NCBI GenBank assembly: GCA_043228905.1
Contig: JBHGNT010000001.1
Location: 22,134,001-22,198,000 of the forward strand
Direction of reading: 5' to 3'
Origin: Azolla caroliniana
Taxonomy: Eukaryota; Plantae; Polypodiophyta
DNA length: 64,000 bases
Shown here: piece by piece, positions 1-12,837 of the stretch
Position numbering within the stretch: position 1 is the stretch's first letter
Layout of the letters: each line of letters starts with the position of its first letter
Program-made: the position numbers and the translations under genes
The notes under the pieces: model-generated
The model's database searches: none
The model's input: the letters and a program-made list of their open reading frames with translations, nothing else
What the model was told of the DNA's origin: nothing

Positions 1-1297
1 ATCTACAATTTGTCATCAACCGAGCTAGAAGTCCTGCAAGCCTATATAGAGGAGAATTTGGAAAATGGTTTCATTCGGCATTCGAAATCTCCAGCCGGCG
101 CACCCATTTTCTTCGTCAAGAAAAAGGATGGATCTCAAGTCTTTTAGAATGGATCAATGGTGCAAGGTTCTTCACAAAAATCGACTTACGTGGAGCCTAT
201 AACCTCGTACGGATCTGACCATGAGATGAATGGAAGACCGCGTTTTGCACCAGATATGGGCACTTCGAGTATACGGTAATGCCGTTTGGCCTCACTAATG
301 CGCCAACAATCTTCCAGCACATGGCAAATGATATATTCTGAGATCTCTTGGATGTTTGTTTGATCATCTATTTGGATGATCTATTGGTTTATTCGAAGAC
401 CCAAGAAGAGCATGATTCTCATGTACTGTTAGTACGAAAACAACTTCGAGGACATGGTCTTTATGCAAAGCTGAAAAAATGTAGTTTTGGGTGCAACCAG
501 GTGGAATTTCTGGGCTATGTCATTTCCTCAGAAGGCATCTCCATGGACCAAGCTAAGGTCAAAATTGTGGTGGAGTGGCAAACTCCGCGTTCGGTGCGAG
601 ATGTGCAATACTTTTTAGGCTTTGCCAATTTTTACCGGAAGTTCATACAGGATTACTATAAGCTCGTTCTACCTCTCACACAACTTACCAGGAAGGGACA
701 ATCGTTTGTTTGTTCTGAAGAAGCGGACATGGGTTTCGAGAGTCTTAAAAAGACATTTACATCGGCTCCAATTCTAGCTCATGTCGATCTGGAAAAACTA
801 TTCATTATTGAAGCAGACGCATCAGATTTCGCATTCGGGAGCATTCTGTAACAACGGGATAATGATGAGAAGCTACATCCTGTGGCTTTTCACTCACGCA
901 AGTTTGACGCCGCCAAAATCAACTATGAAATTCATGATAAGGAGCTATTGGCAATAGTGGTCTCTTTTACGCAATGAATGCATTTTCTAGAGGGATCCTC
1001 TCATCAAGTCATCGTATTCAATGACCACAAAAACCTTGCCTACTTTCAGGACACTCGTGTGTTAAATCGACGTCAAGCTCGGTGGGCCCACTTCCTCACG
1101 CGTTTCGACTTCAAAATTACATATTGTCTAGGGAAGCACCAAGGGAAGGTAGATGCATTATCACGGCGTTCGTACCTAGCACCGCGTCTCGGCGAGCCAG
1201 CTTTTGATAACCAAAAGCAAGTAATCTTGGGACCGACACAACTGCAAGCAACATATGTCTTTGGCATGCCCATGGATTCCTACATTATCGATACTAT
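1..1297 (+). pseudogene. Ty3/gypsy chromovirus (Tcn1/Tf-like) element A, pol fragment (RT-RNase H), degenerate
   Basis: Motifs FTKIDLRGAYN, EWKTAF, IYLDDLL, FLGFANFYRKFI, EADASDFA and DHKNL with stops and frameshifts; collinear with the chromovirus at 41474-45606. Confidence 0.93.
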
Positions 1298-1724
1298 TGT
1301 TGAGTGACAAGTTCAACGTTGGGTGCGTAACATGGTGCGTAACCTAGTGTGTAGACTGGGTGCGTAAAACATTACGCATAATGTAAGTCGTAACGGTGCA
1401 AACACCGCGAGGCCGTTAGAAAGATATTCCTCGAAAGAAATAATATTGGGAGTGAGTGTAGCGGCTCATTTATGAGCGTCAAGTATTGTCAGTACTTGTG
1501 TCAGCCCGATTGTCAAGGCTTGTATAAAAGGTGCTCACTAAGCACGGTGTATGTACATAAAGAGTCCTTATTTTGAATCTGAGCTTTCTGTTGTCTGCTC
1601 TCTCTCTCTCTCTGTCTCTCCATCTCCATCTCTACGTTTTCTGTGTTTTACCGAACTGTCTTATTCCTCCGAACTGTGTACTCTGTGTTTACGCACATGC
1701 TTCTGCACAACATATTCTTTTACA
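1298..1724 (+). repeat. Copia-1 5' LTR
   Basis: Starts TGTTGAG and ends TTTACA; TATAAAA near 1523; matches 11936-12279. Confidence 0.92.
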
Positions 1725-1735
1725 TGGTATCAGAG
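1725..1735 (+). promoter_or_regulatory. Primer binding site, tRNA-iMet
   Basis: TGGTATCAGAG immediately after the LTR. Confidence 0.92.
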
Positions 1736-1835
1736 TGCGAGGGTTGAAGTCCTCTACAGCTGACAAGAAAAGCTTGTGACAAAATAGAGTTGAAGTTGTT
1801 CTTCGTTTTTGTTCGGAAAAGAAAAAGACAGCAAT

Positions 1836-4428
1836 ATGGACAGAGGTATGGGAAGCTCGCTACTGACTGAAAAGCTCGACAGGAGCAACTATGCATCTTG
1901 GTCGTACAAGATGCACCAGTACCTGCTCGGTCACGGCTACTCGAGTTATGTCGAAGGAGCTAATGATGTAGCACCCGTTTCGACACACAACGATTTTCCG
2001 GCTTGGGAACAAGCGGCAAGCAGAGTTCTCTACTGCATTGCATCCTATGTGAGCGAACAACTATTGAGCTATATTTAGGATGCTAAGACGCGAAAGGACA
2101 CATGGGCGAATCTCAAAAAGCTTTTCTCTGCAAGCACAACGGCCAGGAAGCTGCAGCTCAGACACGAGCTCAGCAATGTCCGACAAAAAGATCTGTCTGT
2201 GGCCGATTATACGGCCCGAATCAAGGAAACCTGCGACTCTCTCACCTCCATCAACGTGAACGTCGAGGAGGATGAAATGGTGCAGGTTTGCATTGGTGGG
2301 CTAGCGTCCAGGTTCGGAGCCTTCCGAATGGCGGTCTGTATGAGGGAGAATACGCCTTCGTTCTTCGAGCTTCAATCAATGTTTCTCGTGGAGGAAAACC
2401 ACGCGGGTGCGTCGACGAGTGCGCACGTCGATGGCAAGATGCTCTACACGGAGGATGATAGGCCCTGTGGTCATGATGGACGAGGTGGATCGGCACGCAA
2501 TGGAGGCGGCCGAAAGGAGCAAAATGGACGACATAATCGAGATGTTGGAAGCAATTCCGAACCCTCTAGAAGCAGGAGGAGTCATGGCGGCGCTGGAAGA
2601 CGACAAGAGAAAGTCGTGTCGTAATGCTGGTACTTTGGCCAGAAAGGCCATAAGGAGAGTGAGTGCTGGAAGAAATAAGCCAATTCAGACAAAGCTGGAT
2701 CGAGCGGAAGAGATGCAGGAAGGCATTAGAAGTCGCATTACGTGGAAGGCTCGGAATGAGTTGGAAATGGAATGGGCCTTGCCTTCGTAATGAAGCATAA
2801 GGCCAACTCAATGGCCGTGAACACCTCGAAATCGAGCGAGGTGTGGTATGTGGATTCCGGAGCGTCAAATCATATGACAAGTCATGCGGAATGGTTCTCG
2901 TACTTGGAGAAGCCGGAATCACGAGGGGTTGTCAAAACGGGAGATGATACCCCGCATACCATCGAACATGTCAGCGAAGTTCCTCTTAGCCACATAGGGC
3001 AGAAAGGGAATCTCATGAATGTGTTGCATGTCCCGACAATAATGAAGAACTTGGTGTCGGTCGGTCAGATCGTCGACCAGGGAATGCAGGTTCGACGCAT
3101 CTCGACTGCTTCATAGAAGAGGAAGGTAGAGTAATTGCGCAAGGGCTTCGTGAAGGGAGGATATTTATCCTCGACACTAATCAAGCTGGAACCGCGTTGC
3201 ACACGAAAGGACAAAAGGTCGAATCGGATATCGACTAGTGGCACAAGCAGTTTGACCACGTAAATTTTCCACGGCTTCGTGAAATGCAAACGAAGAACGT
3301 TGTTTTCAGGTTGCCGAAATTTCATGGCTGGAATGGCCAAGTCTGCAAAGCCTGTCAGATGGGAAAACAATACTGACTTCCATTCCGCATTGCACACGAA
3401 AGGACAAAAGGTCGAATCGGATATCGACTAGTGGCACAAGCAGTTCGACCACGTAAATTTTCCACGGCTTCGTGAAATGCAAACGAAGAACGTTGTTTTT
3501 AGGTTGCCGAAATTTCGTGGCCGGAATGGCCAAGTCTGCAAAGCCTGTCAGATGGGAAAACAACACTGACTTCCATTCCCCAATGAGCGTAATCATAGTC
3601 GAAATCCACTGGATTTGATCCATTCAGATCTGTGGGGTCAGGCACAGAACGTGAGTCTCGGTGGAAACCATTACTTTGTAACCTTCATCGAAGACTTCAC
3701 TCGGCTATTCAGACGAGAAAAAGGGGTATAAGTGTTACAACCCCCGAACGAAGGAAGTACACGTAAATCGTGATGTCGTGTTCGATGAGTCTGCTTCGTG
3801 GTACTTGCCTTCACCTCCAACTCCTCATGACTCCATTCCAAATTCTGAGGACGACGTTAGCGAGGCTGAAATACCTCCGCATGATGAAATCGGAGCTCTA
3901 AGAGAGAGTCCGATCTCATTTCGGCTAAGTGGGCCAATTGAAGGATTGAGCCGAAATGACTAACCTATTGAAGAGACGGCAAGCAGTGGAGACTCGGTTG
4001 TGATGTCCCCGCATAAAGAACCGAGGAGACGGTTTACGCACAAGGAGAAGGGGAAGAAGAAGACACCGGAATACGATTTCGGTAGTGCCGAGTCAATTCG
4101 AAGCGAATCTGACCTCGAGCCAGTCGAGAAGGAACCTCCACGGAAGAGGTCGAAATCGACCGAAAAGGTCACAAAATCGGGTAATCACGAATTACGACGA
4201 TCTACCCGCCAGAAGAACCCCGTAAAGAGGTACGGGTATAATGAGTACCTGGCGCACCATTACACGTACATGACGCGAGAGGCGGAAGTGTGTGAGCTGG
4301 AGAGCTACATAGAAGCGGCGAAAGACGCGAACTAGCGTGCCGCAATGGAGGAAGAGATGCGCGCATTATCAGAGAATGAAACCTTGGACCTAGTTGATGC
4401 ACCGAAGGGTGTAAAGCCGATCGGATGC
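1836..4428 (+). pseudogene. Copia-1 gag-protease-partial integrase (integrase core deleted near 3705)
   Basis: KLDRSNYASW gag start, WYVDSGASNHMT protease; sequence jumps from FVTFIEDF directly to GYSDEKKGYKCYNP. Confidence 0.88.
3195..3580 (+). repeat. Tandem duplication (~193 bp x2) in the Copia-1 pre-integrase region
   Basis: TTGCACACGAAAGGACAAAAGGTCGAATCGG...GACTTCCATTCC begins at ~3197 and again at ~3390. Confidence 0.9.
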
Positions 4429-4845
4429 TGTTAAGAGACAAGCTCAACATCGGCCGGATCGGTTGAGCAAGCCGAGGACTGGATTGGTTGGGACCGATCG
4501 GTTAGGCCGGACTGGTGCGTAATATGGGTGTATAAACTGGTACGCAGACCGGTGCGTAGGAAGGTCGTATCGGTGCATAAACGGAAAGGCCGTTAGAGAG
4601 ATATTCCGCATAAGGAATAGTTTTGGGAGTAAGAGTCGAAGCTCATTTATGAGCAGTCCGATTGTCAGGGCTTGTATAAAAGTGCTCACTGAGCACATCC
4701 TCTGTACAGATTGAGTATTATTTTGTGTTTTACTCTCTCTCTCTCTGTCTCTCCCGTGCGTACTGTGCAAACCTAAGCTTTCCATTAAACCTGCATTTTC
4801 TGTTGTTCGGTTTTCCTATATTGCTTCTGCACGCAATTCTTTTCA
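4429..4845 (+). repeat. Copia-2 5' LTR
   Basis: TGTTAAGAG...TTTTCA; lacks ~25 bp present in the 3' LTR. Confidence 0.93.
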
Positions 4846-4927
4846 TGGTATCAAAGCGCGAGGGTTGAGAACCTCTACAGCCAACTTTGCTTGAAGGAAA
4901 AACCAACGAAGAAGAACAAGAAAACCG

Positions 4928-7900
4928 ATGGACAAAGGAATGGCTAGCTCACTTCCGACGGAGAAGCTCGACAGAAACAACTACGCGTCTTGGTCTTACA
5001 AGATGCACCAGTGTGGGTGGGTGAACAGCTATTAAGCTACGTTTGGGATGCAAAAACGCCGAAGGGTGCGTGGGAAAATCTGAAGAAGATTTTCGCCGCG
5101 AGCACCACAGCTAGGAAGCTTCAGCTCCGACAGGAGTTGAGCAACCTACGACAATGTGATTTGTCGGTGGTTGACTATACCTCAAGGATTAAGGACATAT
5201 GCGACTCCTTAGCTTCCGTCGATGTGAATATCGAGGAAAGCGAGATGGTCCAGGTCTGTCTCGGGGGTTTGGCGTCGAAGTTCGGGGCGTTCCGAACTAC
5301 TGTGTGTACCCGGGAGAATACGCCGTCCTTTTTCGACTTACAGTCGATGCTCCTTATAGAGGAGAACCACGTGGGTGCGTCGACAAGCACGCATGCCGAC
5401 AACAAGATGTTGTACATGGAGGGAGAGAGGCCCCGTGGTCATGGCGGACGAGGCGAGTCGGTACGCAATGGAGGCGGCCGACGAGATCAAGGAAGAAGGC
5501 ACCGAAGTGATGCCGACAACAATTTTAGACCCTCCCGAAACAGGGGGAGTTGGGGCGACGAGAACCGGCAAGGGAAATCCACCGCGGAATGGTGGTACTG
5601 TCGCAAGAAAGGCTACAAGGAGAGCGAATGTTGGAAAAAGCGCGCTGAGTTGGAGAGGACCGATTCCGGATCTGGTTCCAGACATACCCACAAAGGAAAC
5701 TGGCAATGATCGCACAACGTCGAAGGATCCAGAGAAGCCGAAAAAGGGTCAGTCTTGGTGACGAGACACGAAGCAAACTCAATGAAGCAGTCCGCCCTGA
5801 AATCGGACGAGGTGTGGTACGTTGACTCCATCGCGTCAAACCACATGACGTGCCACGAGGAGTGGTTCTCATATCTTGAGAAACCGACACAACTAGGAGT
5901 AGTCGCAACCGGAGAAGACACTCCGCATCCGATCGCGTATGTCGGTGAAGTTCCCTTGAGCCATGTCAGGCAGAAAGGGAAACTTATGAACATGTTACAC
6001 GTCCCGACCATCACGAAGAATCTGGTGTCGGTCGGGCAGATCGTCGACCAGGGGATGCAGGTTCGGTTTACACACCTCGGGTGCTTCATTGAGGAAGAAG
6101 GCCGTATTGTTGCGCAAGGGTGCAGAGATGGGAGGATGTTCATCCTCGACTCTACTGACGATGGCACCACAATGTTCACGAAGGGACAGAAAGTCAAGTC
6201 GGACATCGACTTATGGCACAAGCGGATAGGCCACGTCAACTACCAGCGGCTTCAAGACCTGCAATTGAAAGAAGTGGTGTTCGGATTGCCCAAATTTCGG
6301 GGCCGGAAGGCACAAATTTGTGAAGCCTACCAGCTTGGAAAGAAACACCGACTTCCCTTCTCGAATGAGCGTAACCGGAGCCGGAACAAGCTCAACTTGA
6401 TACACTCCGATGAGTGGGGGCCGGCACAAAATGTTAGTCTTGGCGGGAGCTGATATTTCGTCTCCTTCATCGACGACTACACACGGCACACGTGGATCTA
6501 CCTCATTGAGAGGAAGAGCGAAGTCTTCAACTATTTCCAGGACCTCAAAGGGTTCGTGGAAATGGAAACAGGAAGAAAGATCAAGTGCCTGCGGTCGGAT
6601 GGCAGAAAAGAATACTTTTCCGGTCAACTCAATGGTTATTTACAATAGATGGGAATTCAGCGCGAATTCAGTTGTACATACACGCTAGAGCAAAACGGCG
6701 TGGCCGACAGGAAAAATCGGTCGGTGGTGGAAGCAGCACGGGCAATGCTGGAGGAGAAGAGCTTGCCCAAGTTCTATTGGGCCGAGGCAGTAAGGACCGC
6801 GGTATACATCCAGAACTGGATCGGAGACAAACTGTCGGCGCACGAGCTATATTTCGGAACGAAGCCGAACTTGCAACACTTACGAGTTTTCAGTAGCATT
6901 GTGTATGTGCATGTGCCGAAGGAGAAAAGGAGAAAGTTGGATGCGAAAGCCGAGATGTCTATCTTGGTCGGCTATTCGGACGAGCTGAACGGTTATAAGT
7001 GTTATAACCCGTGCACCAAACAAGCGTGCGTGAGCGGCGACGTTGTGTTTGATGAGTCTGCGTCCTGGCACTTGCCTCCGACTCCGGACCTCACCTCCAA
7101 TCCGAGTTCTAACGATGAGGACAGCGAGGCCGAGGTTCCTCCGGCTGAGCCTGAAATCGGGACCCCCGAAGAGAGTTCGATTTCATTTCGGTTAAGTGGA
7201 CCGAATGGACGATTGAGTCGTTTTGACCAGTCTAATGAAGAGCCGATGAGTAGTGGAGACTCAATCGTACATTCCCCGCGCAGGAAGCCGAGGAGACGGC
7301 TCACGAGCAAAGAAAAAGGGAAGCAGAAGGTGTTGGATTATGGCACGGATAGGAACGAGTCAGATCGACGTGAGTCCAACTCCGAGGGAAGCCGTGATGG
7401 AGCGAAGTCCGCGTCGGCCGAGAAGACCTCGACATCGGCTAAAGACCGATTACGCCGATCTACCCGCCAGAAGAACCTAGTTGTGCGGTTCGGATACAAC
7501 GATTACATGGCGCATCATTATGCGTACATGACCCATGTAGCGGAAGTGTGTGACCCGGAGAGCTACGTAGAAGCGGCTAAGGACACGAATTGGCGCGCCG
7601 CGATGGAGGAAGAGATGCATGCATTGGTGGAAAACGAGACCTGGGACATGGTTGACGCACCAAAGTGTGTGAAGCCAATCGGATGTAGGTGGGTATACAA
7701 GGTCAAGTACAACACCAACGGCGGTGCGGTTAACCGATATAAGGCCCGGTTAGTAGCGAAAGGCTACGCGTAGAAACACGGCATCGACTATGATGAGACG
7801 TTTGCACCGGTCGCGAAGATGACGATTGTCCGTGTTTTGCTCGCGGTAGCTGCGGCAAAGGGGTGTCACTTACATAAGATGGATGTAAAGAATGCGTTCC

Positions 7901-9422
7901 TGCAAGGTGACCTTGAGGAACAAGTGTACATGGTACAACCCCCCAGATTTCACTCCGTAATGAACACTTCGGCAGTGTGCCGATTGAAGAAGTCCCTTTA
8001 CGGACTGAAGCAAGCCCCGCGTGCCTGGAATGCGAAGATCACGCAGCAACTGCGTCGAATGGGCTTTGCAACGTCAAAATCAGACTCTTCCCTGTTCATC
8101 CGGAAAGGTCGACTCGGGCTGGTTAGTATTTTACTATATGTTGATGACTTGATCATCACCGGCGCCGACCTAAGTGAAATCGACCGCGTGAAGCTCCAGC
8201 TTGTGGCAGCATCATTCAACATGAAGGATCTGGGGGACCTTCATTACTTCCTTGGGATCGAAGTGATCCGCACCCCCGAAGGCATATATAGATCAGCCAG
8301 AGTCATTATGCGCTGAATATGCTCTTCAAATTCGGAATGGCAGATTGTAAGTCCGTCTCGGCTCCTCTGGATAGAACCATCAAGCTTCGCCCCGAGTCCG
8401 GCAAGGTATGAGACCCGACGAGCTTCCGACAGATAGTCGGCAGCCTCATATACTTGACCATCACCCGACCCTATCTCAGTTATCCGGTCGGGGTGATCAG
8501 TCAATTTATGGCGCGACCTACCGAGGAGCACCTTCAGTGTGTGCAACACGTACTGCGGTATGTAAGAGGCACTAAGGACCGGGGAGTGCTATATCGGACT
8601 AGTATAGCCTCGTCGTTGGTCGGCCACACCAACGCTAATTGGGCTGGCAATGCCGCCGATCGCTGATCCACGTCCGAATACGCGTTCTCTCTTGGGAGTG
8701 CCGCGATCGCGTGGAGTAGTAAGAACCAGCCGACAGTTGCACTGTCGAGCACCGAAGCTGAGTACCGAGGAGCGGCTGTCACGACATGCGAAGCCATATG
8801 GTTGAAACAACTACTTAAGGACCTACAAGAGGAGGTGTCCGATCCGACGACGATCTACTGCGACAACCTCAGCAGCCTCCAGCTTGCCAAGAACCCTGTT
8901 TTCCACGCCCGAACTAAGCACATTGAGGTGCACTACCATTTCGTCCGTGAGCGTGTTCTCTCTGGTGAAGTTGAACTTCAGTATGTTCCGATGGATCGGC
9001 AGCCCGCCGACATCTTCACCAAGCCTCTTGGTCTGGACAAGTTGCGGCAATTCTCAGGTGCGCTTGGGTTGCGTCACCTCGACTTGCCGAACTTGAGGGG
9101 GAGAGGTGTCCCGAATGGTGTCCCGAATGACCACGGAACCGAGTTGGATGATGAATTCGATTTCGGATCGGCTGAAGAAGCCGAGGGCGGACCCGCGGAA
9201 GAGTCCAAAAGCGGACACAAAGGGAGCAGCTGGGAGAAAGAGCCGAAGCCAACCAAGCATGGGGGAGATGACGCCGTCAAGGGCGAGAAGATCGAAGAAG
9301 AGTTGGAGACAACCAACTCCGACGAGAGCGAAAACCGATCGGATGTAGCCGAGTCGGTTCAAATGTTTGATTCGGATACGCTGAATCAACCAAGGTCCAA
9401 GCGGAAGAGAAGGTGGCATTAG
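4928..9422 (+). pseudogene. Copia-2 gag-pol polyprotein with stops and frameshifts
   Basis: Protease WYVDSIASNHMT, integrase QNGVADRKNR, RT MDVKNAFLQG and LLYVDDL, RNase H HARTKHIEVHYHFVRE. Confidence 0.93.
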
Positions 9423-9605
9423 AGGCGCCAACACCGCAACAGCAAGGAAGCTGAGAAGGGCCGTGGGAGCAGACAAGCCAACCGGAAGGGTCGAAGCGCG
9501 CGGAGTCGAACATGCCGAGGAGCACGAGCAAGGCGTGGAGCCAGGAGAAGCCGAAGCGTAGATCCGGTGGAGCAGGCGGAACCTCAAGTTGAGCTTGAGG
9601 GGGAG

Positions 9606-10057
9606 TATTAAGAGACAAGCTCAACATCGGCCGGATCGGTTGAGCAAGCCGAGGACTGGATCGGTTGGGACCGATCGGCTAGGCTAGACCGGTGCGTAAA
9701 ACGGGTGCATAAACTAGTGCACAGACCGGTGCGTAGGAAGGCCGTATCGGTGCGTAAACCGAAAGGCCGTTAGAGAGATATTCCTCGTAAGGAATAGTTT
9801 TGGGAGTAAGAGTTGAAGCTCGTTTATGAGCAGTCAAGTACTGTCAATACTTGTGTCAGCCCGATTGTCAGGGCTTGTATAAAAGTGCTCACTGAGCACA
9901 TCCTATGTACAGATTGAGTATTATTTTTGAATTAAGTTTTGTGTTTTACTCTCTCTCTGTCTCTCCCATGCATACGGTGCAAACCTAAGCTTTCCATTAA
10001 ACCTGCATTTTCTGTTGTTCGGTTTTCCTATATTTCTTCTGCACGCAATTCTTTTTA
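9606..10057 (+). repeat. Copia-2 3' LTR
   Basis: Direct repeat of 4429-4845; termini mutated TG>TA and CA>TA. Confidence 0.93.
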
Positions 10058-10062
10058 GATGC

Positions 10063-11655
10063 AGATGGGTGTATAAGGTGAAATACAACACAGATGGCTC
10101 TGTCAATTGCTACAAGGCCCGTTTAGTAGCGAAAGGCTACGCGCAGAAGCACGACGTGGACTATGACGAGACCTTCATGCCTATCGTGAAGATGACTACC
10201 ATGCTAGTCCTACTATCCGTAGCAACAACACGGGGGTGGCACTTACATCAGATGGATGTAAAGAACGCGTTCCTGCAAGGTGATCTTCAGGAGCAGGTGT
10301 ACATGGTACAACCCCCCGGATTTCTATCCAAACAAAACACCTCGGTAGTTTGCCGATTGAAGAAGTCCTTATACAGACTAAAGCAAGCCCCGCAAGCTTA
10401 GAACACAAAGATTACGCAATAGTTGCGTAGGATGGGGTTTGCACTATCAAAATCAGACTCTTCTCTATTTGTTCGGCAAGGTCAATATGGACCGGTCAAC
10501 CTGCTCTTGTACGTTGATGATTTAGTAATCGCCGGTGCCGACCTTGACGAAATCCGCCGCGTGAAGTCTTAGCTTGCGGCATCGTTTGAAATGAAGGATC
10601 TCAGAAACCTTGATTACTTCCTCGGGATCGAAGTGATCCGTACCCCTGAAGGCATATTGATCAAGTTCGGGATGGCAAACTGTAAGCCCATCTTGACCCC
10701 TCTGGATAGAAACACAAAGCTTCGCCGAGATTCGGGGAAGGCGTGCAACCCGACATGGTTCAGACAAATTGTCGGAAGCCTTATCTATCTGACGATTACT
10801 TGGCCGGATCTTAGTTATCCAGTCGGCCTAATCAGTCAATTCATGTCGTAGCCTACGGCTAAACACTTTCAGTGCGCGCAACAGATACTACATTATGTCA
10901 GCGGCACGAAAGAGATAGCGTTGTTTTATCGGACAGGCGTAACCGAACAGTTAGTCGGCTACACGGATACCGATTGAGCCGGAAACACCCACGATCGTAG
11001 ATCCACATCCGGACACGCATTCTCTCTAGGAAGTGCGGCGATTGCGTGGAGCAGTAAGAAGTAGCCGACAGTAGCACTGTCGAGCACGGAGGTTGAGTAT
11101 CAAGGGGCGACTATCGCTATATGCGAAGTCATTTGGCTAAAACGGCTATTACGGGATCTGCATGTAGAGGTGTCTGATCCGACGACGATCTTTTGTGACA
11201 ACCTCAACAGTATCCACCTTGCGAAAAACCCTGTGTTCCACGCCCGGACCAAGCACATTGAGGTGCATTACCATTTTGTCCGCGAGCGGGTCCTTTCAGG
11301 TGAAGTCGAACTAGTGCATGTTCTGATGGATCGGCATGTTGCCCACATCTTCACCAAGACTCTTGGTCGCGACAAGTTACGGCATTTCTCGAGTGAGCTT
11401 GGGTTGCGTCAGCTTGACACGCCGAACTTGAGGGGGAGAAAGGAAGAACAAGAACAAGAGCGTGAAAGGAGCGGAGGTGTTCATCACAGCGATGAGGAAT
11501 GGAACGGAGATTTCGATTTCGAACCGGCTGAAGAAGCCGAAGGAAGAACGAAGGGCCGTAATCGTAGGAAAGAGTCGAAGATAGCCGAAGAGATAGTCAG
11601 AAGTTGTCAAAGGCCTAAAGACAGGGGACGAATTGGAGACAACCAATTCGGATGA
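10063..11655 (+). pseudogene. Copia-1 RT-RNase H (continuation after Copia-2)
   Basis: RWVYKVKY resumes exactly after the TSD (PIGC|RWVY); MDVKNAFLQGDL; ARTKHIEVHYHF. Confidence 0.92.
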
Positions 11656-11935
11656 GAGCGGAATTGAATCGGAAGAGTTCGATTCAATCGGAGTGTTTGA
11701 TTCGGATATGCCGAATCAACTGAAGGCCATGTGGAGAAAAGGGCAGCGGAGGACGCGCCGACACCGCGATAACAAGGGAGCTGAGAAGGGCCGAACAAGC
11801 AAACAAGCCGACCGGAAGGGTCGAAGCGCGCGGAATTGAACGGGTTGAGGAGCGCGAGGAAGGCGTGAAGCCAGAAGGAACCGGAGAGTAGATCCGGAAT
11901 AGCGGACCGAACCTCAAGTTAAGCTTGAGGGGGAG

Positions 11936-12279
11936 TATTGAGTAACAAGCTCAACGTTGGGTGCGTAACACAGTGCGTAACCCAGTGCATAGACTGGGTG
12001 CGTAAAACATTACGCATAACGTAAGCCGTAAGCGTGCAAACACCATGAGGCCGTTAGAAAGATATTCCTCGAAAGGAATAATTTTGGGAGTGAGTGTCGC
12101 GGCTCAATTATGAGCGTCAAGTACTATCAGTACTTGTGTCAGCCCCATTGTCAGGGCTTGTATAAAAGGTGCTCACTGAGCACGGTGTATGTACATAGAG
12201 AGTCATTATTTTGAATCTGAGCTTTCTGTTGTCTGCTCTCTGTCTCTCTCTCTGTCTCTCCCTCTTCATCTCCATCTCT
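11936..12279 (+). repeat. Copia-1 3' LTR, 3'-truncated
   Basis: Matches 1298 to ~1632, then similarity stops abruptly. Confidence 0.88.
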
Positions 12280-12394
12280 GCTCATCCGGTCTTCACCAGG
12301 TCTGTATCATCCGGCTCTCCGTAGTCGGGTCCTCCTCATACGGTTTCGGCACTGTTCTTCTCCCTTCCCATCCGGAGGGACCTGTCTCCCAACA
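12280..12394 (-). repeat. 5'-terminal fragment of an LTR from a Copia-5/7-like family
   Basis: Reverse complement starts TGTTGGGAGACAGGTCCCTCCGGATGGGA, similar to the TGTTGGGATT..GGTC..ATGGGA starts at 32199 and 58018. Confidence 0.65.
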
Positions 12395-12748
12395 AAATTA
12401 ATGATGTCGCTTTTCGTCTCGATCTACCTCCGCAACTTCGGATACATCCGGTGTTTCATAGTTCTCTCCTCGAACCCTATCAAGAGAGCACCATCCTAGG
12501 ACGTATTACACAACCTCCACCCCCAATCGAGCTTGAAGATGGACTTGAGTACAAGGTTGCCTCCATGCTTGATTCCAAGATTGTTCGCAACAAGCTCTAC
12601 TATCTAGTCGATTGGCTAGGATATAATCCCAACGAGCGTACTTGGGAACTGATAGAGCAATGCTCGTGCTCTTCTTGAAGACTTCCATCGTCAATATACA
12701 GACAAACTGGGTCCTCAATCCAAAATGACTCGTGACACTCGTCATTTT
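12395..12748 (+). pseudogene. Chromovirus A integrase C-terminus with chromodomain
   Basis: INDVAFRLDLPPQLRIHPVFHSSLL followed by EYKVASMLDSKIVRNKLYYLVDWLGYNPNERTWE; then PPT AAAGGGAGGATAG. Confidence 0.9.
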
Positions 12749-12767
12749 AAAGGGAGGATAGTGTCAT

Positions 12768-12837
12768 GATATGACAAGATTCGAACCCATGACTTTATGC
12801 TACATGGGTCGAGCTCTTGACCATTAGAACATACATT
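12768..12837 (-). other. tRNA-like (Pol III A/B-box) cassette in chromovirus LTR U3
   Basis: Minus strand reads GTTCT-AATGGTCA-AGAGC (D-arm-like) ... ATGGG-TTCGAAT-CTTGT (T-arm/B-box) with tRNA spacing. Confidence 0.6.

Larger units (their letters stand above)
4429..10057 (+). mobile_element. Copia-2, full-length but degenerate, nested in the Copia-1 RT
   Basis: LTRs 4429-4845 and 9606-10057; TSD GATGC (4424-4428 and 10058-10062); PBS TGGTATCAAAGC at 4846; PPT 9595-9605. Confidence 0.95.
1298..12279 (+). mobile_element. Copia-1 LTR retrotransposon inserted in chromovirus A; hosts Copia-2; 3' LTR truncated
   Basis: 5' LTR TG..CA 1298-1724, Met PBS, gag-PR-IN-RT-RH order, PPT 11925-11935, homologous LTR starting at 11936. 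Confidence 0.92.
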
